A DNA stretch of 64,000 bases from Spirochaetia bacterium (lineage in GTDB: Bacteria > Spirochaetota > Spirochaetia > CAKZLE01). Position numbers and translations under genes: made by a program. A model generated the notes under the pieces. The model had not been told where the DNA came from. It saw only the letters and a program-made list of their open reading frames with translations, and searched no databases. How positions within the stretch are numbered: the stretch's first letter is position 1; each line of letters opens with the position of its first letter. Location of the stretch: the NCBI GenBank assembly GCA_963677595.1, contig OY782041.1:2624001-2688000 (forward strand), in the 5' to 3' direction. This document shows, piece by piece, positions 49,279-59,422 of the stretch.

Positions 49279-51177
49279 ATGAACAGAAAGAGTGGTGATC
49301 CGGCCAGGCAGCTTGTCCCAGTACCGAAGGCCCTGGAACTCCAGGCTTCGTTATACCTCGAACTTCCAATAGGGACAGCAGCTTCCATCCGGCAGTATAC
49401 CGTTGGTGACAGTTTGCCAGCCGGATTCTCCTGGGAGAGAACACAGCCGGCAGGACCGGGCAGGTTCGACTGGTACCGTATGACCATCGATGAGTCATCC
49501 GTCCTGATCGAATGCGTTGAGGAGAAGATCCTCTTCACCGCCATGCAGACGATACGGCAGCTGATTGACCATCACGGGCCTGCATACCGCCTTCCCTGCG
49601 GGATGGTGGAGGACTGGTCCGATCTCGAATGGCGTGCGGTCATGCTCGATATAAGCCGGGACCGGGTACCGACGATGGGGACGCTCCTATCCCTCATCGA
49701 CCTCTTCGCCGGGCTGAAGTATAACCAGCTGCAGCTCTACATGGAACATACCTATGCCTACACAGGCCATGAGAACGTCTGGGAGCATGCTTCCCCTCTC
49801 ACACCGGACGAGTTCAGGCAGTTGGAAGCCTACTGCGCCGCACGCGGCATCGAGCTGGTCCCCAACCAGAACTCCTTCGGCCATATGGAGCGATGGCTCA
49901 GGCACCCGGAATACCACCACCTCGCGGAGATGCCTGACGGGTTCATCGACCCCTGGGATGTCTTCCGCCCCGAATCCTCGACCCTTGCCCCGGCAGTACC
50001 CGGGTCACTGGAGCTGGTCGCAGACCTCTTCTCCCAGCTGCTCCCGGGACGCATGAGCCCATATGTGAACATCGGGGGGGATGAACCCTGGGAACTCGGG
50101 CAGGGCAGGAGCGAGACGCTCTGTGCCCAGAAGGGCCTTGACCGGGTCTATGTGGATTTTCTTGAAGGCATCCACCGCCTGGCAGCTGATTATGGGAAAC
50201 GCATCATGGTCTGGGCAGATGTCCTGATGAAGCATCCCGATGTGGTGAAGAGCCTCCCTGGCGACATGGTCCTGATGGACTGGGGCTATGAGGCAGACCA
50301 CCCCTTCGCTTCCGAGTGTGCGCTCCTCTCGGACTCCGGATTCGACTATGTCATCTGTGCGGGTAACTCTGCCTGGAACACGATCGGGGGTAGGTGGAAG
50401 AACGCGGAAGGGAACCTCCTCAATGCCGTGAAGCATGCGCATGCCAATGCGCATCCCGCAAGGGGGCTGATGGTCACCGAGTGGGGGGACAACGGCCACT
50501 GGCAGCAGCTGCCCATCGGGATCCCGGGCTTCATCCTGGGAAGCGAGGCTGCCTGGAACGGTACTGATGTACACCTGCTGGATATGCCCTGGGCAGTAGC
50601 AAGCAGCTTTCGGGAACATCCTGCCCTCCTGTACGGGGAATGGGATCACGGACACGAGCGGGAGGACGTAGTACCGGCTGTTGGGCCGCTTGCTCAAGCC
50701 CTCATGCGGATCGAGGGTATCGGGGAGATCTACCTGGAGGAGACCGGGAGACCCAAGATCCATAACACGACGCTGCTCGGTGCCCTGCTGCTCGACCACC
50801 TTGCTCCCTATTACGCGGAGGATATCGCGCGGTTCGCTGGCTACAGGTTCGAACGCGAGCTAACAGAACTCGACCGGGTCGATGGACTGCTGGCAACGGT
50901 CCCGACGGGGCTGCTCATGCAGGCAGAGCTTTCCTGGACTGCCCGGATGCTCAGGTTCTCCTGTGAACTGGGTACCGAACGGCTCTCAGGCAGCGGGCTG
51001 CTCCCGATCACAGGGATCCCGCAGCCACGGGCTGCAGAACTGGCTGCACAGCTTGAAGTGCTTATCGCCGAGTACCGGAGACTCTGGCAGGAGAGATCCC
51101 GTCCAGGCGGCCTTGGGGATAGTGCAGGGCGGCTGGAGTCGCTCGTAAAGCTTTTCAGGAATCTCCCTGAGAGATGA
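49279..51177 (+). CDS. GH20 beta-N-acetylhexosaminidase
   Basis: RAVMLDISRDRVP, NQLQLYMEH, PNQNSFGH, IGGDE catalytic pair, TEWGDNGH. Confidence 0.9.
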   Translation: MNRKSGDPARQLVPVPKALELQASLYLELPIGTAASIRQYTVGDSLPAGFSWERTQPAGPGRFDWYRMTIDESSVLIECVEEKILFTAMQTIRQLIDHHGPAYRLPCGMVEDWSDLEWRAVMLDISRDRVPTMGTLLSLIDLFAGLKYNQLQLYMEHTYAYTGHENVWEHASPLTPDEFRQLEAYCAARGIELVPNQNSFGHMERWLRHPEYHHLAEMPDGFIDPWDVFRPESSTLAPAVPGSLELVADLFSQLLPGRMSPYVNIGGDEPWELGQGRSETLCAQKGLDRVYVDFLEGIHRLAADYGKRIMVWADVLMKHPDVVKSLPGDMVLMDWGYEADHPFASECALLSDSGFDYVICAGNSAWNTIGGRWKNAEGNLLNAVKHAHANAHPARGLMVTEWGDNGHWQQLPIGIPGFILGSEAAWNGTDVHLLDMPWAVASSFREHPALLYGEWDHGHEREDVVPAVGPLAQALMRIEGIGEIYLEETGRPKIHNTTLLGALLLDHLAPYYAEDIARFAGYRFERELTELDRVDGLLATVPTGLLMQAELSWTARMLRFSCELGTERLSGSGLLPITGIPQPRAAELAAQLEVLIAEYRRLWQERSRPGGLGDSAGRLESLVKLFRNLPER

Positions 51178-51269
51178 TCTGCCAATACACATCGTACAAT
51201 ACTGTTTTATCATAAGCAATCGGTGGCTGCATCCCTTGATGCAGCCTTCCCTGACTCTTATAATAAGCT

Positions 51270-52043
51270 ATGGCAAAAGAAGAGAAACCACTGATCCAGT
51301 CTGTCGACAGGTCGCTCATCCTCCTGAAGCATATCGCCTCAAACCCGGGGAGGAGCCACACGCTCAGTGAGCTGACCGAGGTCCTCTCCATAGACCGCAG
51401 TTCGGTCTTCAGGCTGCTCTCCACCCTGATCAGCCACGGCCTGGTCCGGCAGGAAGAGAACGGGAAGCAGTACCGGCTCGGCTACGGGATCTTCAGCCTG
51501 GCATCATCACTGCGCGCACAGGAGAAGATCACGACCATCGCCGCCCCCTACCTGAAGGAACTGGTCAAGCGGACCGGTGAGAACGCCCACCTGGCAGTCA
51601 GGTCCAAGACCTCCTGCATCTTCATCGACCGGGAGCTCGGCAGCAATACGTTATCGGCGAACACGAACATCGGGGATTCGGAGGAGCTCTACTGCACGGC
51701 AGTGGGGAAGAGCCTGATCTGCGATCTCGGGCTGAAGGAGCTCGAGGACCTGCTCGGGGATGTGGAGTTCACCCCCTTTACGAAGAATACCATCACCTCC
51801 ATCGCCGACCTGCTGCCTGAACTGGCGGCAGTCCGAGAGAAGGGGTATGCTGTGGACAATGAGGAGTTCGAGCAGAACATCCAGTGTATCGGTGCCCCGG
51901 TCTATAACTTCGAGAACAGGATAGAGGCCGCCATCGGCATCTCCGGTCCCAAGGTCAGGATGAGCAGCAGACTCGAGGAGATCGGCCTGATCGTCAGGGA
52001 GGCTGGCCTCTCCATGAGCAGGCTCCTCGGACACCGGCAGTAA
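51270..52043 (+). CDS. IclR-family regulator
   Basis: IQSVDRS, SSVFRLL.TL, YCTAVGK, GYAVDNEE, AIGISGP. Confidence 0.93.
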   Translation: MAKEEKPLIQSVDRSLILLKHIASNPGRSHTLSELTEVLSIDRSSVFRLLSTLISHGLVRQEENGKQYRLGYGIFSLASSLRAQEKITTIAAPYLKELVKRTGENAHLAVRSKTSCIFIDRELGSNTLSANTNIGDSEELYCTAVGKSLICDLGLKELEDLLGDVEFTPFTKNTITSIADLLPELAAVREKGYAVDNEEFEQNIQCIGAPVYNFENRIEAAIGISGPKVRMSSRLEEIGLIVREAGLSMSRLLGHRQ

Positions 52044-52049
52044 GCCCGG

Positions 52050-52467
52050 TCAGAACGGGTTGGTTATCCTCAATCGCTTGAGCTTCCTCCCATCCTGGAG
52101 GTCCTCTGAATAGAGGACCTTCACACCGCTGCGCAGCGCTGATGCAGTCATCAGGCTGTCATACCACGAGTACCCGGTCTCCATCCTGATCATCAATGCC
52201 TCCCGATAGATCCGTTGGTCAGGCCATACCGTACAGAGCGGCAGCAGCACCTGGTCAATAAAGGTTCCCAACTGCTCGATCGGCATCGGCTTGGTGAACT
52301 GCCGCAATGCCGCATTGGAGAATTCCTTAGATCACCTGAGGGCTGATACAACCTTCATCTCTGAGGGCTCGACGTATCAGCTCCCTGGCAGTCGCCTGTT
52401 TCTCCGGTGCGGTGGAATCGAACGAGTAGACGATGATATTGGTATCGAGGAAGAAGCTAGCGTTCAT
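52050..52467 (-). pseudogene. PIN-domain (VapC-like) toxin, frameshifted
   Basis: MNASFFLDTNIIVYSFD...ISPQVI, then one extra base at about 52329 creates TAA. The next frame continues KEFSNAALRQ..YSWYDSL..LYSEDLQDGR..ITNPF. The span is 418 nt (3n+1). Confidence 0.88.
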
Positions 52468-52678
52468 TGAGCTCCTCCCTCGAGTAGTGGCTGCCTGCCT
52501 CACAGACAGAAGAGAGGTTCTCCATCAGTACTTCATAGGCATCGCTGCTGCTGCCCTGCCTGAGCCACCCCTCCAGCCAGGACCTGAACAGCTCGTTGAG
52601 ACTCCGGTGCTCATGAGCTGCTTTCTCCTTTGCCCTCATGAGCAGATTGTCATCCACGCTGAATGTGATATTCTTCAT
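52457..52678 (-). CDS. Ribbon-helix-helix antitoxin (VapB-like)
   Basis: MKNITFSVDDNLLMRAKEKA..SLNELFR..YSREELNER; overlaps the PIN start. Confidence 0.85.
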   Translation of the reverse strand: MKNITFSVDDNLLMRAKEKAAHEHRSLNELFRSWLEGWLRQGSSSDAYEVLMENLSSVCEAGSHYSREELNER

Positions 52679-52821
52679 CTCATACCTCACGAATATAGTG
52701 TGCACGAGTTTCGTGTAGAAGCCAAGGGTGTAAAGACCAATTTCCTTCTGGGGAGTTCTTTTTTTGTTTTGACAATAGAACAATGCTATTGTAAGATATG
52801 CAACAAAAGGAGAATCTTACC

Positions 52822-54180
52822 ATGGATAACAAACTGACAATGAAGACCAAGGTCGGCTTCGGCATCTGTGATGTCGGGGGCAACCTCTTCTTCACGGTGA
52901 TGGCCTTCCAGCTGGCATCCTACCTGACCGATACTGTCGGCATGACGGCAGTGCTGATGGGTATCTCGATGATGATCGGGAGGATCGTGGACGCTGTCAC
53001 CGATCCCCTCATGGGGTTTATATCAGATCGGACGAGAAGCCGGTGGGGGAGGAGGAGGCCATACCTCCTCTTTGGGGCTATCCCGCTCTTCGTCTGTATG
53101 GTGCTCATGTTCACGAACCCCCATATGGAGTCCCAGGGGAACCTGTTCGTCTGGATCACCCTCATCTTCTGCCTGCTCTCCGTAGCCTATACGGTGGTGA
53201 ACATCCCCTACGGGGCCCTGACCCCTGAGCTGACGAAGGACTTCCACCAGAGGACCGTCCTCAACGGCTACCGGATGAGCTTCGCGGTTGTCGGGACGCT
53301 CCTCGGTGCCGGTGCTGCACTGCCGATCATCCAGTCGGCAGCTGACGAGTCAGCCGGGTACCGGCTCATGGGCATCATCTTTGGCGGGATCATGATGGTC
53401 ACTGCCCTGATCACCTTCTTCACCGTGAAGGAGCCCTCACAGCCCGCAGCACAGAAGCACGAGAAGCGGTTCCTCCTGAAGGAGTATGTGACGGCCTTCA
53501 GGAACAAGCCGTTTTTGCTCATCCTCATCCCCTGGGCCCTTTTCATCACCGGGGTCACGATCACGAGCAGCAGCCTCAAGTACTATTTCGAGTATGTGGT
53601 ACTCGATGCGAACGGGGTGACGATGGCGCTGCTCGTCCTGCTGGTATTCGCACTGCTGGGCATCCCCGTCTGGGTGAAGGTATCGAAGAGGATAGGCAAG
53701 CGCCTCTCCTATATGACCGGCATGGCGATCTTCTCTGCCGGCATCCTCCTGCTCTCCTTCCTCGGGGACCGGGTCTCTGTCACTGGGCTCTACTGCATCA
53801 TGGCCCTGACCGGGGCGGGGCTGTCTACTCACTACATCATTCCCTACGCGCTGATCCCCGACGTGATCGAGTGGGATTACGCCCATACCGGGCAGCGGAG
53901 GGAAGGCATCTACTACGGGCTGTGGACCTTCATCAGCAAGCTCGGCCAGGCCCTCTCAGGCCTGATCATCGGCATCACGCTGAGCGCCTCGGGTTATGTG
54001 GCGAACACGATGCAGGGAGCTGCGAGCGTCAGCGCCATCCGATTCCTCACCGGTGCGATCCCGACGGTCGTGATCATCGCGGGGATCCTGGTGATACGGA
54101 GCTACCCGATCTCCGAGGAGGTCTACCGGGAGATCATCCTGAAATCAGAGAAGCTTGACCGGGCGGATGAGACCGTCTGA
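52822..54180 (+). CDS. MFS glycoside-pentoside-hexuronide:cation symporter
   Basis: DAVTDPLMG.ISDRTRSRWGRRRPY, NIPYGAL, RREGIYYG. Confidence 0.92.
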   Translation: MDNKLTMKTKVGFGICDVGGNLFFTVMAFQLASYLTDTVGMTAVLMGISMMIGRIVDAVTDPLMGFISDRTRSRWGRRRPYLLFGAIPLFVCMVLMFTNPHMESQGNLFVWITLIFCLLSVAYTVVNIPYGALTPELTKDFHQRTVLNGYRMSFAVVGTLLGAGAALPIIQSAADESAGYRLMGIIFGGIMMVTALITFFTVKEPSQPAAQKHEKRFLLKEYVTAFRNKPFLLILIPWALFITGVTITSSSLKYYFEYVVLDANGVTMALLVLLVFALLGIPVWVKVSKRIGKRLSYMTGMAIFSAGILLLSFLGDRVSVTGLYCIMALTGAGLSTHYIIPYALIPDVIEWDYAHTGQRREGIYYGLWTFISKLGQALSGLIIGITLSASGYVANTMQGAASVSAIRFLTGAIPTVVIIAGILVIRSYPISEEVYREIILKSEKLDRADETV

Positions 54181-54226
54181 CCAGCATATAAGAACACTAC
54201 AAGAAACCTAAAGGAGAAAAACGAAC

Positions 54227-54850
54227 ATGAACAACCCAGAAGCTACCGAACAGGCTCTGGCCATCCTGAGGAACGGCAAGGACTTCCAGTGGTACATCAT
54301 TCCGCTGCTGATGTTTGCCTTCTATGTCTATTTCAACGAGTATTCCAAGGGGAACTACCGTGGTATCGCAGCGGGGCTCTCCCTCTACATGGTCCACTGG
54401 TTCTTCGAGATCGTCAATGCACTGATCCAGCACTTCAGCGGGCACGCCCTGTGGACGGTCCCTACCGGGACCGGCTTCCTCCTGCTGGTGGGTGTCTGTG
54501 CCGAGCTCAGCATCATGTTCTCCATCGCGGGAGTCGTCTACAGCAAGCTGCTCGATGAGGACCCGAAGAAGAAGATCCTCGGGATCAACAACCGCCTCTT
54601 CATCGCCCTGGGTACGGCAGCCTTCTTCTCAGTCTTCGAGATCTTCCTTGCCAAGACCCCGGCCTTCATCTGGGTCTACTCCTGGTGGGGGTCTATCCCG
54701 GTCTTCCTAACGGTCTACATCCCCTTCTTCGTCGTGTCGATGTACTCCTACGACTGGAAGCCGAAGACCCAGAAGCTCGTCATCGGCTCGCTGTTCGCGG
54801 TGAATGCCCTGATGCTGGTCATCTTCGCCGGCTTCCTCAAGTGGATCTGA
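54227..54850 (+). CDS. Hypothetical integral membrane protein
   Basis: 207 aa with about six hydrophobic segments, host-like codon usage, RBS AAGGAG. Confidence 0.75.
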   Translation: MNNPEATEQALAILRNGKDFQWYIIPLLMFAFYVYFNEYSKGNYRGIAAGLSLYMVHWFFEIVNALIQHFSGHALWTVPTGTGFLLLVGVCAELSIMFSIAGVVYSKLLDEDPKKKILGINNRLFIALGTAAFFSVFEIFLAKTPAFIWVYSWWGSIPVFLTVYIPFFVVSMYSYDWKPKTQKLVIGSLFAVNALMLVIFAGFLKWI

Positions 54851-54971
54851 CCTGCGCCTGAGAAGTCAACGAAATGCCATCGTAATAGCAAATAAACCGG
54901 ATAATTTGTCATTACGATGGCAGAATACCGAGTTTCTACGATATCATGGGGGCTCGCCGGAAAATCTCCCT

Positions 54972-55955
54972 CTACCATGGTATCTTCTTAATCAGATAGT
55001 CCAAGGCTGCTTCTATCCGCTCATCTTGCGAGTCCTTGAATTCGAGATAGACAGAGAGGGGATCGGCAATCCCATTTCTTGAGAACAGCCGTGGGTCATA
55101 AGCCCATTTTTGGATGGTCATGTCTGTTTCGCTGATCTCTTTCTGTTCTGCAGGTTCCATGATTATATCTTTTTGCCTGTTGAACATGGCGAATGTTGGT
55201 TGATCCGGTTCCTGTATCAGCGAGTAGCAGGTTAGGGCAGATTCTCCCGCTCGTACCAGATGCGTATCAACCCGGAATGGAATAGTATAGGATGATGTGA
55301 CAGGAGAACGCAGCAGGGGCAGGGTGATGTCCCAGAGTTCCCTTTTGTCTGCATCAAAGACCAAAGTCTTCTCTTTCCCAGACCTCCTGATGGATGCGAT
55401 ATGGTGCAGTTCCAACTCGCTAAAAGCCCGTCCAATCGACATGTTAGACAACCCGATCTTTCCTGACATCCTGGAAGGCGATTCCCTGATCCATTCATGT
55501 CCATACAGTTTGCCAAGGATCAAGACCTGTGCTGTGGGACTGAGTGTGCCAGATGCTTTTCTCTCAGGCGGGAAGAACTCCTTCAGATCCATTCCCATGA
55601 ACGGTAGATACAGCTGTTTTGCTGGTATGATGAAAGGTATTCTTGCTTTGATCAACCGTGCTCTGTCTGTTGCAGACAGGCTGCTATGTGAGTAGATTAC
55701 CCCTCCACTCCAGTACCGGCTCAGCATCTTCACATGCTTGGAAATTGTTGCCGGAGTATTCCTGTGTCGGTTGGTATCTATGAGAACCAGATTGCCCGAA
55801 CCTGCTATACGCAGTATGAGGAAGGAATACCGTTCTCTGAGAAGCAGAGGGATGCTCCCCTCATCTTCCCAGAAACTGGTTTTGACAGCAAGGCTCAAGG
55901 TCTGCTCGATGTATGAGACAAGTTTGGCAATATATGGCTCAGTATTTACTAACAT
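54972..55955 (-). CDS. Winged-helix (MarR-like) / AbiEi-like protein, probable orphan antitoxin
   Basis: LIKARIPFI....QLYLPF.G; S.MSIGRAF.EL helix-turn-helix; AGESAL..YS.I; W.YDP; DPLSVYL; DERIE. Confidence 0.7.
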   Translation of the reverse strand: MLVNTEPYIAKLVSYIEQTLSLAVKTSFWEDEGSIPLLLRERYSFLILRIAGSGNLVLIDTNRHRNTPATISKHVKMLSRYWSGGVIYSHSSLSATDRARLIKARIPFIIPAKQLYLPFMGMDLKEFFPPERKASGTLSPTAQVLILGKLYGHEWIRESPSRMSGKIGLSNMSIGRAFSELELHHIASIRRSGKEKTLVFDADKRELWDITLPLLRSPVTSSYTIPFRVDTHLVRAGESALTCYSLIQEPDQPTFAMFNRQKDIIMEPAEQKEISETDMTIQKWAYDPRLFSRNGIADPLSVYLEFKDSQDERIEAALDYLIKKIPW

Positions 55956-55961
55956 TGTATC

Positions 55962-55992
55962 TGAATAATAACATTAAGACTGTTATTATTCA
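55962..55992. promoter_or_regulatory. Inverted-repeat operator upstream of the winged-helix gene
   Basis: TGAATAATAACA-N7-TGTTATTATTCA, perfect 12-bp arms, 6 bp from the ATG. Confidence 0.7.
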
Positions 55993-56066
55993 AGAATAAT
56001 GTTATTAAATATATATACCGCTACCCGTTCAACTTGGAGATCAAACTCATGGACTCCCTTGGTCCT

Positions 56067-57425
56067 TCATCGCAGCGGGTCCCGATTCTCGTACCTATCG
56101 TTCTCTTCCATGACCGTATCGATATCCTGTAATCCAAGCCCCACTAACTCGATCTCATACCCCCGGTATTTCCTGGCCAGGTTCCCGGCTTTCTGGTTCA
56201 ACGTGTTCAGATTGACTTTATCCTTATTCAGTCTTATCTCACCTATAACCAGTTTCTTATGAATCTCATCTATACAGACCAGATCTATTTCGTTCTGGTT
56301 CCCCCGTTCCCAGTACGTACCGATCTCATTGAATCTCCCAGAACTGCGGTAGATCTCATGATACAGCTTTTCAAGGATGGGGCCGCTATAGGAACTCAGG
56401 CTCTCTTCCAGCTTCCTCTTGATAAACGCATGATTGTTATTCTCGATTGCCGATCGGTATGTATAGACGAATCTGAACCAGAACTTCAGGAAATTATCCT
56501 TTATGTAATATTTCTGGATCCTGCCAGTCGGCTTTGCACCGATTGGTTTCATCTTCCCGATCAGGTCATAATCAGTGACGAGCTTCTCCAGATACCCTCC
56601 AATATCCTTCTCCAGGATCGATTCTATCTCACTGCGGGAAGTCCTGCCCGCTGAGAGCAGCTCCAGAATCGAGAAGTAGGTGCCATACTCTTTACCGAAC
56701 TCTTCGATGAGGATCGTCCTGCCCTCTTCTATGAAGGGGGAATCAGCCTCGAAATAGAAATCCAATAATTCCTCTTCGTCATATTTTTTATTATCGAGGA
56801 GTATCTCCTGATATCTCGGCACTCCCCCGGTCAGTAGGTAGTTCATGAACAGATTATGTATACTATACTTCTCATGATCGGACAGGATCTCTTTTATCAC
56901 CTTGGGGGGGAAGGGTTTGAGGTACAGGATCCTGTCCGCTCTCCCAAACAGCGGTTCTTTACTGTTCTTGAATATTCTATGCATCAATGAGTAGATTGAT
57001 CCGATGCATATGAGATGTACCTCTGTCGTGTCCTTGTATTCATCCCATAGATTCTGTATCTCAGCATATACAGCAGTATTCACGTGAAAGAACTCCTGGA
57101 ACTCATCGATGATGACTACGATCTTCTCCTTCTTCCCGATTTCCAGGATCAATCTGAATACATCCCGGAATCTTCTCACGTCCCCGATGACTGGTATATC
57201 GAATTCCTGCTGTATCCTGCCTATGAACTCATCACACAGGAGTACTTCGCTCTTCTTGGAGACAAACAGGTAGAGACTCTTCTTATCCTGGGCATAGATT
57301 CGTGACAGTGATGTCTTCCCTATGCGTCTCCTGCCGGTGATCACGGTCATGATCGATTTGTTATGAACTTGGGAGTATTGTCTCTCGAGCAGCCCCAACT
57401 CCCGTTCTCTTGCGTAGAACTTCAT
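56067..57425 (-). CDS. Archaeal-type AAA ATPase with DUF234 C-terminus
   Basis: MKFYAREREL, GRRRIGKT, IIDEFQ, PLFGR, GGVPRY, DNFLKFWFRF, YWERG.NEIDLV. Confidence 0.9.
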   Translation of the reverse strand: MKFYARERELGLLERQYSQVHNKSIMTVITGRRRIGKTSLSRIYAQDKKSLYLFVSKKSEVLLCDEFIGRIQQEFDIPVIGDVRRFRDVFRLILEIGKKEKIVVIIDEFQEFFHVNTAVYAEIQNLWDEYKDTTEVHLICIGSIYSLMHRIFKNSKEPLFGRADRILYLKPFPPKVIKEILSDHEKYSIHNLFMNYLLTGGVPRYQEILLDNKKYDEEELLDFYFEADSPFIEEGRTILIEEFGKEYGTYFSILELLSAGRTSRSEIESILEKDIGGYLEKLVTDYDLIGKMKPIGAKPTGRIQKYYIKDNFLKFWFRFVYTYRSAIENNNHAFIKRKLEESLSSYSGPILEKLYHEIYRSSGRFNEIGTYWERGNQNEIDLVCIDEIHKKLVIGEIRLNKDKVNLNTLNQKAGNLARKYRGYEIELVGLGLQDIDTVMEENDRYENRDPLR

Positions 57426-57450
57426 GCGAACCCCTGTTAAAGAAATATAT

Positions 57451-57476
57451 ATTACTGTAACACAGGTTACTATAAT
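57451..57476. promoter_or_regulatory. Imperfect palindrome upstream of the ATPase
   Basis: ATTA-CT-GTAAC-ACAG-GTTAC-TA-TAAT. Confidence 0.45.
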
Positions 57477-57618
57477 TGGCAAGTTCGAAGTCGACAGCAA
57501 CCTCTGCTGACGCAGAGAGGATCGGTATCATGCTGCCTGTGAGATGATGAAGGGATAGTGTTGGAGATGGACCATAAGGAGGCATAGGGGGCAGGAGAGA
57601 AATCCTGCCCCCTGTTGA

Positions 57619-58740
57619 TCAGAAGAACCGTGTGAGCTTCGGTCTGGAAAGAATACCTTTCAGCATGACGTTCGTACCCTCTTTGGTGAAGAAGCGGGGT
57701 ATGAGATCCCCTTCCGTCCATTCCTTGATCTCTTCGTACTCTGCATTCGTCGGGTCCTCAAGGACCTCCATCATGTACATATAACCGCCTGGTCCCCCGC
57801 AGTCCTCCCAGGGGGTATCACCCTTGCCGCCGGTGCAGGTGACCTCGCTGCCGACCGGTCTCAGGATTCCCTTTTTGAAGGTGATCAGGTGTTCCCAGTA
57901 GTCACCGAAGTCATAGATATAAGTGAACTGCTTGAACGACTGAGCGATCTCACCGACGGTGATCTCGTCTTCATTGATCGGCTCCTCCCGGAAGAAGGAG
58001 AACATCGAGCCTGCCTCATCCTCCTCCGGCCCGATCGTATAGGACCCAGCCTTGAATTCATGCAGGTGGGCATTGTCCCACTCGAAGGCTGCCTGGATGA
58101 TCTCATGCAGCTTCCCGAGCGAGGCTGAGATCGGGACCTCAAGGTCCCGGTAGACCTTGTAGGGGGCGGGGAGGCGGAGGGTGATCTTCATCTTGACCAT
58201 GGGGATCATCTCTGCTGCCACTTCGCTGCCCTTCGATTCCAGGGCTGCCTTCATGGCCTCGACGGGGACGATCTTATTACCGTCGATCCGTATGGCCTTG
58301 GAAGAGAGGCTGGAAGCAAGGTCCGTGAAGTCCTCCTCACTCTCCTCGAAGAGTTTCTTCCACCGGCTCAGGCGGTTCATCATCGACTGCGCACTAGCCC
58401 CAGATTTCATGGTTATCACGGCTCCCTCTGTCAGGTACGACTCGATGAGTGCCTCATCGAAGCCTTCCCGCAGGAATGCCGCTCTCATGGCAGAGAGGAT
58501 GATCTCATCGTCATACTTCTCATAAAGGCGGCTCAGGGCCGCTATTTCATCGGGATCCGGATCCTCCCGCGTCACGACACAGAAGCCTGTGGCAATATTC
58601 GCGAGCAGGATCCACTGATCATACTCGTCATCAATAAACCCGGTGGCGACCCAGGTGAATCTCTCGGCATAGGATGCGGTAGGTCTCAGCGTTCGGTAGC
58701 CAAATCCCCTAAACAGTTTTGCAGAACATTCAATGAGCAT
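57619..58740 (-). CDS. pRiA4b ORF-3-like protein with extra N-terminal domain
   Basis: RBS AGGAGG; LHEIIQAAFEWDNAHLHEF, YIYDFGDYWEH, PWEDCGGPGGY. Confidence 0.88.
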   Translation of the reverse strand: MLIECSAKLFRGFGYRTLRPTASYAERFTWVATGFIDDEYDQWILLANIATGFCVVTREDPDPDEIAALSRLYEKYDDEIILSAMRAAFLREGFDEALIESYLTEGAVITMKSGASAQSMMNRLSRWKKLFEESEEDFTDLASSLSSKAIRIDGNKIVPVEAMKAALESKGSEVAAEMIPMVKMKITLRLPAPYKVYRDLEVPISASLGKLHEIIQAAFEWDNAHLHEFKAGSYTIGPEEDEAGSMFSFFREEPINEDEITVGEIAQSFKQFTYIYDFGDYWEHLITFKKGILRPVGSEVTCTGGKGDTPWEDCGGPGGYMYMMEVLEDPTNAEYEEIKEWTEGDLIPRFFTKEGTNVMLKGILSRPKLTRFF

Positions 58741-58989
58741 ATAAATCCTCCTTCTCCAGTCATGGAATTGTACCGTGTAATCATCGTTCATGTCGACTGA
58801 AACCTGCACCGTGAATGAAGAAAATACAAACAGGAATCTTGTTGTGCAGGGGTGGGATTGGTGATACGTTTGGGATGATCAAAGAAGTTGCTTTTTCAAA
58901 AACATAGGTATGGCAGGACTTGAACCAGTACCGTGTCTTTTTGCGGTGCTTATGGTGCGGTATTGGCGGTTTGCCAGCTGTCTTTGGCT

Positions 58990-59251
58990 TATCAGCAAGC
59001 AATCCATTCGTGTATGTATGAATCAAACGAGTGATCAATGTCTGGTACGGTAATCCTTCTTGGACTGCTGTTCTCTCAATGCCTTACTGGTCATTCTCCG
59101 ATACCCTGATAGTCACCCTCTTGTTCGTCTTGAGTGTATTCGCAGCTATCTCGGAGAACCGCTCTTTTTCACTATCGCTGAGCCCGGAGGATTTCAGTTT
59201 CCCAGATTCGTAATCTTCGAGTATCTCTTTCTCATATTCATCGGGATCCAT
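58990..59251 (-). pseudogene. CopG/BrnA-like antitoxin with in-frame stop
   Basis: RBS GAGGAGG; MDPDEYEKEILEDYESG...KTNKRVTIRVSENDQ*(TAA 59084-86)GIERTAVQEGLPYQTLITRLIH. The 3' boundary is approximate. Confidence 0.75.
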
Positions 59252-59422
59252 CTTTATCCTCCTCGATATACGTATCCATATGGTACTATACCGTCATGTG
59301 TGCCTTTTGGGAACAAAAGACGGCTCAAGTTCAGAGAATTGCAGCAGGTGACCATTGGTGCCACTTTGTGGCAAACAAAAAGGCAACCTCTTGTATTATT
59401 AGAAGTTGCCTTGTAACAAAAA

